A stretch of 64,000 bases of DNA from Lingula anatina (lineage: Eukaryota; Animalia; Brachiopoda), in the NCBI GenBank assembly GCA_051362555.1, contig JBPQGU010000016.1, forward strand, positions 2,604,001-2,668,000. Direction: 5' to 3'. The position numbers and the translations under genes are program-made. The notes under the pieces are model-generated. The model was not told the DNA's origin and ran no database searches. It saw only the letters and a list, made by a program, of their open reading frames with translations. Shown here piece after piece: positions 9,509-20,702 of this stretch (positions are counted from its first letter, which is position 1; each line of letters begins with the position of its first letter).

Positions 9509-10045
9509 ATGAAAATTGAATTTAAAAAAGAAGAAGAAAAATCAGATAATGAAATATTAAATAATATGAAAAAATATTCAAAAAAAGAATTGATTGATTA
9601 TTTTGAAAAATTAATTTTTATGAAATCTTTATTAGAAGATGAAAAAGATAAAGTAAATGAATATAGAGAAAATGCTTTAGAATGTTTAGAAAGAATTATA
9701 AATAAAGCATCAAGATTAGCTAAATTTTTTGAAAAAGAAATTTCAGAAAGAAAAGATGAATTAGAAATTAAATATGGTAAAAAATTAGCAGATTTTTTAA
9801 ATAAATATCATTTTTATCAAAATGGAGATGATCACTTTCATGTTTGTAATGATAATGATGATGGTGGTATTTTTAATATATATATTACTGATAAAAAAGA
9901 ATATAACAAATATAATTTTTACAATAAAGTTATAGAACCAAGTTGAGGTCAATTTTGTTATTATAGTTTTGGTTCAAACAATTTAGATGAATTTATTGAA
10001 AAATTTAATAATATGTTAAAAGAAATTAAAGATAGAAAGGAATAA
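9509..10045 (+). CDS. Hypothetical phage protein (178 aa)
   Basis: RBS TAGAAAGGAA; extended through TGA to TAA. Confidence 0.75.
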
Positions 10046-10047
10046 AT

Positions 10048-10227
10048 ATGAATAAAGAATATGAAGCTTTAAAGTATAGAAAAAAAACAGTAACTACAAT
10101 TATAGATTATGCTGTTTTTTTAGAAGCTAAAAGATTATCTTTTGAACAAGAAATAACTTTTTCAGAATTTGTAAATAGAGCATTAAAGGAGTATTTAAAA
10201 ATTCAAAATGAAAAATGAAAAAGATAA
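10048..10227 (+). CDS. Ribbon-helix-helix protein (59 aa)
   Basis: KKTVTTIIDYAVFLEAKRLSFEQEITFSEFVNRALKEYL; resembles the 6659 product. Confidence 0.75.
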
Positions 10228-10411
10228 AGAAGCAAAATTTAATTTAGTAGAAGAAACATGACAAGAACTAACTAAAAAAATGTTTCCAAAACATAAAATG
10301 AAAAAAATGCTTTCAGAAGAATTTAAAGAACTTTTAAAAGAGTTTTTAAAAAAAGAAGGTTATATAAAAAAAACCGATTTGTTAGATTTTATAAAGAAAG
10401 GAAAAGAATAA
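10208..10411 (+). CDS. Small protein, possibly RHH-like (67 aa)
   Basis: KFNLVEETWQEL...LSEEFKELLKEFL; AAGGAG upstream. Confidence 0.55.
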
Positions 10412-10414
10412 AAA

Positions 10415-12136
10415 ATGATTGATACAAATAAAAATAAATTAAATTTAAAAGAAATAGGAATAGTAACAATAGCTACAACTTCTTTAGTTGTTGGTGCTGT
10501 AGCTTTAGGAATGATTGCAAATCAACCTAAAACAGTTGTTGAAAGTAAAATTTCAAAAGAAAAAGAAGATAAACTTTTAAAACTTTTAGAAAAAAAAGAT
10601 TTAACTATTGATGAAATTAAAAAAATAGTTAATAAAGCTGTTTTAGATGCTTTAAAAAATGTTAAAACAGGTAAAGATGGTTTACCAGGACCACAAGGAC
10701 CTAAAGGTGATAAAGGTGAACCCGGAATTAAAGGTAAATCTTTTGATAATTCAGAATTAGAAGCAATTAAAAGTACTTTAGATAATTTAGAACAAAAAAT
10801 AAAAGAATATGGTGATTCTATTTATGATTTAAAAAATAATCCAAAATTTAAAGGTTTACCAGGACCGCAAGGTCCTAAAGGTGAAAAAGGTGACAAAGGC
10901 GAAAAAGGTGATACTGGACCAGAAGGACCACATGGACCACCCGGACCAAGAGGTGAAAGAGGTGAACCAGGACAAAGAGGAGAAAGAGGTTTACCAGGAC
11001 CACAAGGACCAGCAGGTAAAGATGCGCCAGTTCCTACAGTTGAAACATTAAGACCATTAGTAAATGAAGTTATATCAAGATTATGAAGTGAACAAAATAA
11101 AAGATTACAAGAAGTAAATAATGATTTAGCATCTGCTAGTCGTAGCTTACAATTAAGATACAATGAATTAAATACAAAATATCAAGAATTATATAGTGAT
11201 TATTTAAGTAAAGTTGGTGAAGATGGTGAATTAACTTCAAAAATAGAAGAATTTAAAAATAAAGTAGATGAAACTAAAAGATTAATAGATTCTTCAATTG
11301 AAAGAATTGGTACAGAAAAACAAGCTATTGATGATCAAATAAATGCTTTAAAAGAAAAAGTTAAAAAAGTAATTGAAAATCCAAAAGATTTTGTTTGAGA
11401 ACATTTAGAAGATAATATTCAAGAATTGATAAATAATCTTGAAGCACCACAAGGTGAACCAGGACCAGGTCCAACTAAAGAACAAATTGCAGAAGCTGTT
11501 GATGCTTGATTTTTAAAACATCCAGCACTTTCAGGACCTAAAGGTGAACCAGGTGATAGAGGACCACAAGGACCAAGAGGTTTTGCAGGAGAAAGCGGAA
11601 AAGATGTAACACCTAAACAAATAATAGATGCATTTACAGCCTTTATAAATTCTAATGCCTTTAGAAATTCTATAAGAGAAAAAGTTAGAAATTATGGTAA
11701 TGAAGAATTAGAAACTTTAAGAACAGAATTACAAGGTATTAAAAATTCAATAATACCATTAATTGGAAGACAAACTACACCTGATGAATTAAACAGAGAT
11801 ATAGCATTTGAAAATGAATTACTTAAAAAATCATTATCTGGTAATTTAGGAATAACTGATGAAACAAAAGATGAATTATTAGAATTTGCAAAAATATTTA
11901 AAAATGAAATTTATAAAGTAACACCTCGTTCACTTTTAAATAATGGAGTAACAACAAAAACATGAATATTTGGTAATTTTAGAATAACTATTTTTTCTAA
12001 TAAAAAAACACTTGTTCAACTTGAAAATATGAATTATTCAGATACAACAAAATGAATTAGAATGCATGTTAATATGGTAGGTAATGGTTGAGATTTAACA
12101 CCACTTGAAAATAATGATAATGTAGATGAAAAATAA
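10415..12136 (+). CDS. Membrane-anchored collagen-like/coiled-coil protein (573 aa)
   Basis: N-terminal hydrophobic helix, several GXY tracts alternating with coiled coil; read through TGA to TAA 12134-12136. Confidence 0.85.
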
Positions 12137-12170
12137 AGCGATTGAGAAGTAAATAGAAAGGAATAAATAA

Positions 12171-12203
12171 AAAAAACGGATGATAAAATATCATCCGTTT
12201 TTT
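12171..12203. terminator. Bidirectional intrinsic terminator
   Basis: AAAAAACGGATGAT-aaaat-ATCATCCGTTTTTT. Confidence 0.9.
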
Positions 12204-12204
12204 G

Positions 12205-12288
12205 TTATAATGTTATATGATCTTGATCTATTAAATTTATTAATAGACTTTTTCTTTTTTTTATTTTTTTGTTTAAAGATGTTTTCAT
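12205..12288 (-). CDS. 27-aa basic micro-ORF (MKTSLNKKIKKRKSLLINLIDQDHITL)
   Basis: Phage-type RBS AGAAAGGAA before the ATG; stop abuts the terminator. Confidence 0.45.
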   Translation of the reverse strand: MKTSLNKKIKKRKSLLINLIDQDHITL

Positions 12289-12317
12289 GATATTCCTTTC
12301 TTTTGCAAAAAAATAAT

Positions 12318-12348
12318 TACCTCTATTTTTATTTAAAAAATAGAGGTA
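12318..12348. terminator. 13-bp perfect stem-loop
   Basis: TACCTCTATTTTT-attta-AAAAATAGAGGTA followed by T-rich sequence. Confidence 0.6.
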
Positions 12349-12386
12349 TTTTCTTCAAAAACAAACCAAAACGCGCATTTCACACA

Positions 12387-12440
12387 TTACTATAGACTAT
12401 ATAATATTATATATATATAATATTATATAGTCTATAGTAA
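12387..12440. repeat. Perfect 54-bp palindrome
   Basis: TTACTATAGACTATATAATATTATATA|TATATAATATTATATAGTCTATAGTAA; all 27 pairs checked. Confidence 0.95.
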
Positions 12441-12734
12441 AATATATAAATGAAATGTATATATTTTATGAAAAAATCCAAAAATTCAAAAAATTAATGG
12501 AATAATTTATTTAAATATTTACATAATAAAAATAAAAATTATTAAATTGTTTTATTGATTTAATTGAAAATTAAAAATAAATAATAATAGAAATTTTAAT
12601 ATTAAATCAATAAAATCAAGAATAAAATGATATTAAAAACATAATATATTAAATATAAAAAATAATTGATATATAAATTAAAAATTTATTGTTTTATTAA
12701 TTGTTTTTTTTATTTTTTTTTTTAAAAAAAGTAC

Positions 12735-12762
12735 TTGAAAAAAAAAAAAAAAAAGATAACAT
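12735..12762 (+). promoter_or_regulatory. Promoter with poly(A)17 spacer (candidate phase-variable)
   Basis: TTGAAA (12735) running into A17 (12738-12754), then TAACAT (12757, 16-bp spacing), just upstream of ATG 12779. Confidence 0.6.
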
Positions 12763-12778
12763 TATAAATTATTGAGAA

Positions 12779-15700
12779 ATGAAAAAATATAAAAAAAATA
12801 TTACAAAAAAACAAAAAATGATTATATTTTTTGTAATTTCAAGTATTATTTTTATAATTATAATTTTAATAACTATCAATTTACCAAAATTAAATAACAA
12901 TAATAAAAAAACAGAAATAAAAAAATATATTAAAAAAAATAAAAAATTTATTGATTTAATTCAAAAAAAAGTACAAAAACAAGCACATTCTCCAACACAA
13001 GAACAAACTGATATTTCAAGTTCAACAACTCAACCTACTGAACAACATGATAGTTCAACAAATACAAATCCAACACATGAATTAAATGTAGATTCAGTAG
13101 AAACTGAAAGAGCAGATAACACTAAAACTGATGGTTCAAGAAAAACACAAGAACAACAAGGTGATGATAGTTCAAGTTCAACAACTCAACCTGTAGATCA
13201 AACTGATAGTTCAAGAAATAAAAATCCAACACCTGAATTAAATGTAGATTCAGTAGAAAATGAAAGAGCAGATAACATGCAAACTGATAGTTCAAGAGAA
13301 ACACAAGAACAACAAGGAGATGATAGTTCAAGAGAAACACAAGAACAACAAGGAGATGATAGTTCAAGAGAAACACAAGAACAACAAGGAGATGATAGTT
13401 CAAGACAAACACAAGAACAACAAGGAGATGATAGTTCAAGTTCAACAACTCAACCTGTAGATCAAACTGATAGTTCAAGAAATAAAAATCCAACACCTGA
13501 ATCAAATGTAGATTTAGAAGAAACTGAAAGTATAGATAATACGCAACCTGATAGTTCAACAAATACAAATCCAACACCTGAATCAAATGTAGATTTAGAA
13601 GAAACTGAAGAAGTAGATAACATACAACCTGATGGTTCAAGAAAAACACAAGAACAACAAGGTGATGATAGTTCAAGTTCAACAACTCAACCTGTAGATC
13701 AAACTGATAGTTCAAGAAATAAAAATCCAACACCTGAATTAAATGTAGATTCAGTAGAAAATGAAAGAGCAGATAACATGCAAACTGATAGTTCAAGAGA
13801 AACACAAGAACAACAAGGAGATGATAGTTCAAGTTCAACAACTCAACCTGTAGATCAACCTGATAGTTCAACAAATACAAATCCAACACCTGAATCAAAT
13901 GTAGATTTAGAAGAAACTGAAAGTATAGATAATACGCAACCTGATAGTTCAACAAATACAAATCCAACACCTGAATTAAATGTAGATTCAGTAGAAAATG
14001 AAAGAGCAGATAACATACAAACTGATAGTTCAAGAGAAACACAAGAACAACAAGGAGATGATAGTTCAAGTTCAACAACTCAACCTGTAGATCAAACTGA
14101 TAGTTCAAGAAATAAAAATCCAACACCTGAATCAAATGTAGATTTAGAAGAAACTGAAAGTGTAGATAATATGCAACCTGATAGTTCAACAAATACAAAT
14201 CCAACACCTGAATCAAATGTAGATTTAGAAGAAACTGAAAGTGTAGATAATATGCAACCTGATAGTTCAACAAATACAAATCCAACACCTGAATCAAATG
14301 TAGATTTAGAAGAAACTGAAGAAGTAGATAACATACAACCTGATGGTTCAAGACAAACACAAGAACAACAAGGTGATGATAGTTCAAGTTCAACAACTCA
14401 ACCTGTAGATCAAACTGATAGTTCAAGAAATAAAAATCCAACACCTGAATTAAATGTAGATTCAGTAGAAAATGAAAGAGCAGATAACATGCAAACTGAT
14501 AGTTCAAGAGAAACACAAGAACAACAAGGAGATGATAGTTCAAGACAAACACAAGAACAACAAGGAGATGATAGTTCAAGTTCAACAACTCAACCAGTAG
14601 ATCAACCTGATAGTTCAACAAATACAAATCCAACACCTGAATTAAATGTAGATTCAGTAGAAAATGAAAGAGCAGATAACATACAACCTGATGTTTCAAG
14701 ACAAACACAAGAACAACAAGGTGATGATATTTCAAGTTCAACAACTCAACCTACAAAAAAACATGATAGTCCAACAAATACAAACCCAATACCTGAAAAT
14801 TCAGAAAAAACTGAAGAAGTAGATAACATAGAACCTGATGGTTCAAGACAAAGACAAGAACAACAAGTTGATGATAGTTCAAGTTCAACAACTCAACCTA
14901 CAGAACAACCTGATAGTTCAAGAAATACAAATCCAACAACTGAATCAAATGTAGATTCAGTAGAAAATGAAAGAGTAGATAACACAGAACCTGATAGTTC
15001 AACAACTACTACAACACAACAATCAGAACAAACACAAGTACAACAAACAGGACAAAATCCAAGAACTACAGTAACAGATGTAGATGAAACAAAAGTTGAA
15101 GATTTAGAAGAAAATGAATGTAATTATAATCAAGAAACATTAGAAATTAATATACCAGATTGATTTGATAGTAGACCAAAATCTTTGGGCGATACAAATT
15201 TTTTGTCAACATCTGAAATAGGCGCAAGATTTCAAGCATGAATAAATGAAAATATTAAACATAGAGAATTTTTCAAATCAAAAATATATGAAGAAACAGA
15301 TGAATATATTGATTATATTTATAAAAATGTATGAGTAAGAAAATGAAAAAGAATAAATCAAGCTAGACTTTGAACTGATAATTCATTCAATAATCCATGA
15401 TCTACAAAATATATGATTACACCTAAATTGAGATTTAAACATGGGTATGAACAACCAGATTTTTATGTTCCTATATTTTTTTATAGCGAAAATTCTCAAG
15501 ATGATACACATTTAAAATTTCAATTAAATAATTGATTAAATTTACATGGTAATAGAGCTAAGGAATTTATTAAATCTAAAAAATTAAAAGAAACAGATGA
15601 ATATATTGATTATGTTTATAAAAGAATAAAAATAAGACATTATAAATTAGGAAAAGAAATTGGCAATTGAATTTGATATAGAGATAGTTGAAGTGATGAA

Positions 15701-17704
15701 ATAGATAGTAATTTATGATCTAAACATGGTTATGATGTAAATGGTAGAGTAATTGAAAATAATAGAAATGAAAATATAGATAATTTAAAAACATTACCAT
15801 TATGAGATTGTATTAATATTGAAATAAATCCAATAGAAATTGAAATACCAAATTGATTTGATGATGATACATTAAATAAAAATGATGTAAAACAAAGATT
15901 TTTTGCATGAATAGATGAAAATGAAAAAAATAAAGAATTTATAAAATCAAAAGTATTTAAAGAAACAAATGATTATATAGATTATATTTATAAAAGAATA
16001 TGAATAAGACATTATAAATTAGGTAAAAAACCTAACAATGAATTATTTTGATATGATGACTGATCTAGTTATTTAAAAACAAATAAACAAAGACAATTAG
16101 CAGGATATATTGAAAATGATGAAATACACACACATGAACAACAAGATGGTGATAGTTCAAGTTCAACAAATACAAATCCAATACCTGAAAATTCAGAAGA
16201 AACTGAAGAAGCAGATAACACAAAATCTGTTAGTTCAACAACTACAACTACAAGAACTTTTTTTGAAAGTTCATCACATGTAAAAGATGTAACAATACCT
16301 GAAGTAAATGAAGATTCAAAAGAAACTGAAGAAGTAGCTAACACACAATCTGTTAGTTCAACACAAGCACAAGAACAAAACGGTGATGATATTTCAAGTT
16401 CAACAACTCAACCTGTAGAACAACATGATAGTTCAACAAATACAAATCCAACACCTGAAAATTCAGAAGAAATTGAAGATGCAGATAAAACAAAATCTGA
16501 TAGTTCAAGACAAACGCAAGAACAACAAGATGGTGATAGTTCAAGTTCAACAAATACAAATCCAATACCTGAAGTAAATGAAGATTTAGCAGAAATTGAA
16601 GAAGTAGATAAAACACAATCTGATAGTTCAATACAAACACATGAACAAGAACCAGGACAAACAGAACAATCTGAAGAAGAATTTATATTACCAAGTTGAT
16701 TCTATGATGATACATTTGTAGATCATACTATTAATGATGATGGTTTATTAACTAATGAAAAAAAACAAATTGTATTTGATTGACTTTATAATCATGAGAA
16801 TAATGAAAAAAATAGAGAATTTATGTGAAGTAAACAATATAAATATACACCTATAAGACCAGATTATGGACATTATGATTATATTTATAAAAAAATATGA
16901 ATAAAATGAACAAATCCAGAAACAATATCTGTTTGATATGGTGATTGAACTTCATACATTAATACAAAACCAGAAACTGAAAAAGAACATTTTGGTTATC
17001 CATTAATTAATGAAAAAAATCAAATACCAAATCAAGAATTATCAATTCATAAAGAAAAAACAGAAGAAACAGTTGTAAATAATAATGAAGAACAAGATGA
17101 AATATTAAATAAAAATTCTCATGAAAATACTATTACTGAAACAATAAATGGAAAAACAATAAATATTCCAAGTTGATTCTATGATGATACATTTTTAAAT
17201 CATACAATTGATGATGATGGTTTGTTAAATGAAGAAAAAACATCAATAGTATCAAATTGAGTTTTCAATAATGAAAATGACTATCAAAATAAAGAATTTA
17301 TTTGAACTAAATTACATAGATATAAAATTGGAACTTATGATTCTATTTATAAAAAAATATGAATAAGATGAATTAATGAAAATGAAATAAAAGTTTGATA
17401 TGGTGATTGATCAGAATATTTAAATACAGAATTAGTTTTAAAAGAAAGAAAAAAAGTATATTTACCAAACTCTAACTATTTAGAAAAACCTGTTTGATTT
17501 GATAATCCTAATGTAAATCCAAATATAATTAAAAATTGAATTGAAACAAATCCAAATAAATTTTTGCAATTTATAATGAATTCTGACAATTTTGTAAAGA
17601 GAACAGAAAATTATGTTTCTTATGAATATGAACTTTTATACTTTAGTTTTGATTACAATACAAAAAAAATAAGTATTTGATGAAATGATATTAAAATTGT
17701 TTAA
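12779..17704 (+). CDS. Large membrane-anchored repetitive surface protein (1641 aa)
   Basis: N-terminal TM; S/T/Q/D/E repeat stalks; ~6 Trp-rich domains; frame followed through TGA to TAA 17702-17704. Confidence 0.9.
12994..15003 (+). repeat. Intragenic mosaic tandem repeat of 81-, 36- and 39-bp modules
   Basis: SSTNTNPTPESNVDLEETESIDNTQPD / SSRETQEQQGDD / SSSSTTQPVDQTD; further copies at ~16135-16640 and ~17935-18330. Confidence 0.9.
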
Positions 17705-17728
17705 AATAATAAAATATTTAATAAAAAA

Positions 17729-19192
17729 ATGAAAGAAAAAAATATAGAAATAATTAATAAATTTAAAAATATCTTAAAAAACAAAAAAAATATTGTTTTA
17801 ATTATTTCAATTATTTCAGTTATTTCTATATCTATAGTTTTAATGATTATATTTTTATCAACTGAATCAAAAAAAACAACATCAAATAAATCAACAAAAA
17901 AAACATCTAAAACAACCAAAAAAATAAAAGGAAAAGAACAACAAGGTGATGATAGTTCAATTTCAAAAACTAAACCTAAAGAACAAACTTATAGTCCAAC
18001 AAATACAAATCCAATATCTGAATCAAATGTAGATCCAGAAGAAACTGAAGAAGCAGATAACACAAAAACTGATGGTTCAACACGAACACAAGAACAACAA
18101 GGCGATGATATTTCAAGTTCAACAACTCAACCTGTAGAACAAACTGATAGTCCAACAAATACAAATCCAATATCTGAATCAAATGTAGATTCAGAAGAAA
18201 CTGAAGAAGTAGATAACACAAAACCTGATGGTCCAACACAAACACAAGAACAACAAGGCGATGATATTTCAAGTTCAACAACTCAACCTGTAGAACAAAC
18301 TGATACTCCAACAAATACAAATCCAATATCTACTTTAGATAGTTCAGGTCAAACACAAGAACAATCAGGAAAAACTCCAACACAAGATCAAACACCAGGA
18401 CAAGAACAACCTGATAGTTCAGTTCAACAACATGGACAAACACAACAAGATTTATCTACACAACATGAAACAACATATATATATCAAGGCGAAGAAAAAA
18501 CAATTAATTTACCTTCTTGATTTAGTGATAATACTTTTGATGATAAAACAGATGAAGAAATAAAAACAACTGTATTAGATTGAATTTATGATACAAATTC
18601 ACCACAAAATAATGAATTTATTTATTATTCAGGTAAATTGTATAAAACAATATGACAAAGAATAGGAAATAAAACATATTATGTATATATTTATAAAAAA
18701 ATAAAAATAAAATGACTTTCAAGGAATGATATAGAGATTTCATATGATAAACAAAATGAATGAGCAGAAAAATATATAAATAATAGATGAGAATTTGAAT
18801 CAAATGGACCAAATCCAGAAAAATATGGTTATCCTGCATTAACATTACCATTTGATTTTGAAAATGAAGAAGCAAAATATATACATAATAATGAAGAAAA
18901 AACAATTAATTTACCTTCTTGATTTAGTGATGATACTTTTGATGATAAAACATATGAAGAAATAAAAACAATTGTATTAAATTGAATTTATGATACAAAT
19001 TCACCAAAAAATGCAGAATTTATTTGAAGTAAAAGATTAGGTACTAATAATATATATATTTTTAGAAAAATAAAAGTAATATGAAATTCAAGTGATAATA
19101 GTATAGATGTTTTATATGGTAATTGAATTGATACTGATGATAATGTTGTTAGAAGTTGAATTATTTCTAATCATTCAAAATATGGTTATTAA
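17729..19192 (+). CDS. Paralogous membrane-anchored repetitive surface protein (487 aa)
   Basis: TM anchor, same stalk modules, two Trp-rich domains; TAA 19190-19192. Confidence 0.9.
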
Positions 19193-19287
19193 AATTAAAT
19201 AAATATTAAAATATTAATTATTAAAATTATTATTTTTATAATATTTTAGAACATATGAAAGACTTTAAAATATAAAATAAATATTAT

Positions 19288-20166
19288 ATGAAAAAAACTT
19301 ATAAAATTGCAATTATTGGAAGAACAAATTCTGGTAAATCAACATTGTTTAATAATTTATTAAATAAAAAAATATCTGCAGTAACAAAAAAAATAAATAC
19401 AACACAAATTCCACTTAAATATATTTTTAAAGAAAAAAATAATGAATGATTATTATTAGATTCTCCTGGTTTATGTAAAACAGTTACAATTTTAGATAAA
19501 ATTCTTTTTAATAACTTACTTTCAACTATTCAGTTAAGTAATATTGTTTGATGAGTTGTTGATATTAAAGAAATATGAAAAAATGAAATGAATATTCTTT
19601 TAAAAAATTTAAAAGAAAAAAATAAAAAAGTAATTTTAATAATAAATAAAATAGATCTTGTTGAAAAAGATAGGGTAATGAAAAAATTCAATGAATGAAA
19701 AAATAAATATAATTTTCAATCAATTGTTCCAATTTCAGCAAAGAAAAAAATAAACTTTAAAAATTTAATTGAAGCAACAAAAAATAGTTTAAAAAATATT
19801 AAAAAAGACTATGAAACAATAAGTTTATCATCTAAAAAAGATATTATAAAAGAAATTATAAGAGAACAAATATTAAAACATACAAATGAAGAAATACCAT
19901 ATTTTACAACATTAAAAATAATCGAATTATTTGATAAAAATGATGGAATATTTACAAATATTGAAATAATTGTAGATACAATATCAAGAAAAAAAATAAT
20001 TATAGGTAAAAAAGCAGAAAAAATAAAAAGTATTCGTTTAAATACAATAAGTATTTTAAATAAAATATGACATAAAAAAATTACAATATTTTTAAATGTT
20101 AAAGTTATTAAAGATTGACATAAAAACAAAAATGTATTACAAGAACTACAATTTAAATGAGAATAA
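19288..20166 (+). CDS. era: GTPase Era
   Basis: GRTNSGKS, DSPG, NKID, EEIPY, KH domain IIIGKK. Confidence 0.9.
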
Positions 20167-20702
20167 TTTTTTTTTTTTTTTTGATTTTAAAAGAAAAATT
20201 CTTAATTTAAAGTAAAATTATAAAATAAAAGATAAAATTTTAATACAGTATTAAAAACAAAAATAAAAAAAGTATAATTTGAAAATTTAATTTATAAAGA
20301 TATCAAATATACTTTAAAAATTTAAATTAATTTTATTAAAAATTATTTTATATTTAAATTAGAAAATAATAATAAAGTTCAAATTACTAGCAAATTAAAA
20401 AAATCATTTATTAAAGAATTGTAAAAATTAATCAAAAATAAATATATTAAATTATGATTAAAAGATATTATTTAAAATAGATTAATGAAAATTAATAGAA
20501 GAATTTAAATAAATTGATCTTTTTTATATTAAAATCATATGATTTTAAAAGATAAAAATTTCTATTATTTTATGAATTAAAAAAAATTAAATAAATTTTT
20601 GTATTTTAAATAATGTTTATTAATATATATTTTTATAAAACTAAAAAAAATAAAGTAAAATAAAAGAAAAAGTTTTAATTTTTTAAAAAGGAGAAAATAT
20701 AG

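Larger units (their letters stand above)
1..12440. mobile_element. Prophage-like element, right-hand part (left end outside window; right boundary approximate)
   Basis: Scaffold/capsid/fibre-like operon, divergent array of tiny Zn-finger and RHH genes, a strong AGAAAGG(A/C)A RBS on most rightward genes (largely absent from host genes), and terminators plus a palindrome at the right edge. No integrase, terminase or portal is visible in the window. Confidence 0.8.

Noticed and set aside
13285-13440. 36-bp repeats resembling a CRISPR array
   Set aside because: Head-to-tail with no unique spacers, in-frame coding, and no cas genes
13122-14744. 540-aa antisense ORF and similar ones (13260, 14092, 16069, 16353, 17976)
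   Set aside because: Shadow or alternative frames of the repetitive surface-protein genes
18490-19025. Possible DGR template/variable repeat pair
   Set aside because: Mismatches are not adenine-specific, both copies are coding, and no reverse transcriptase is present
20167-20702. Long AT-rich gap with a T16 run before tuf
   Set aside because: No convincing ORF, RNA structure or repeat found
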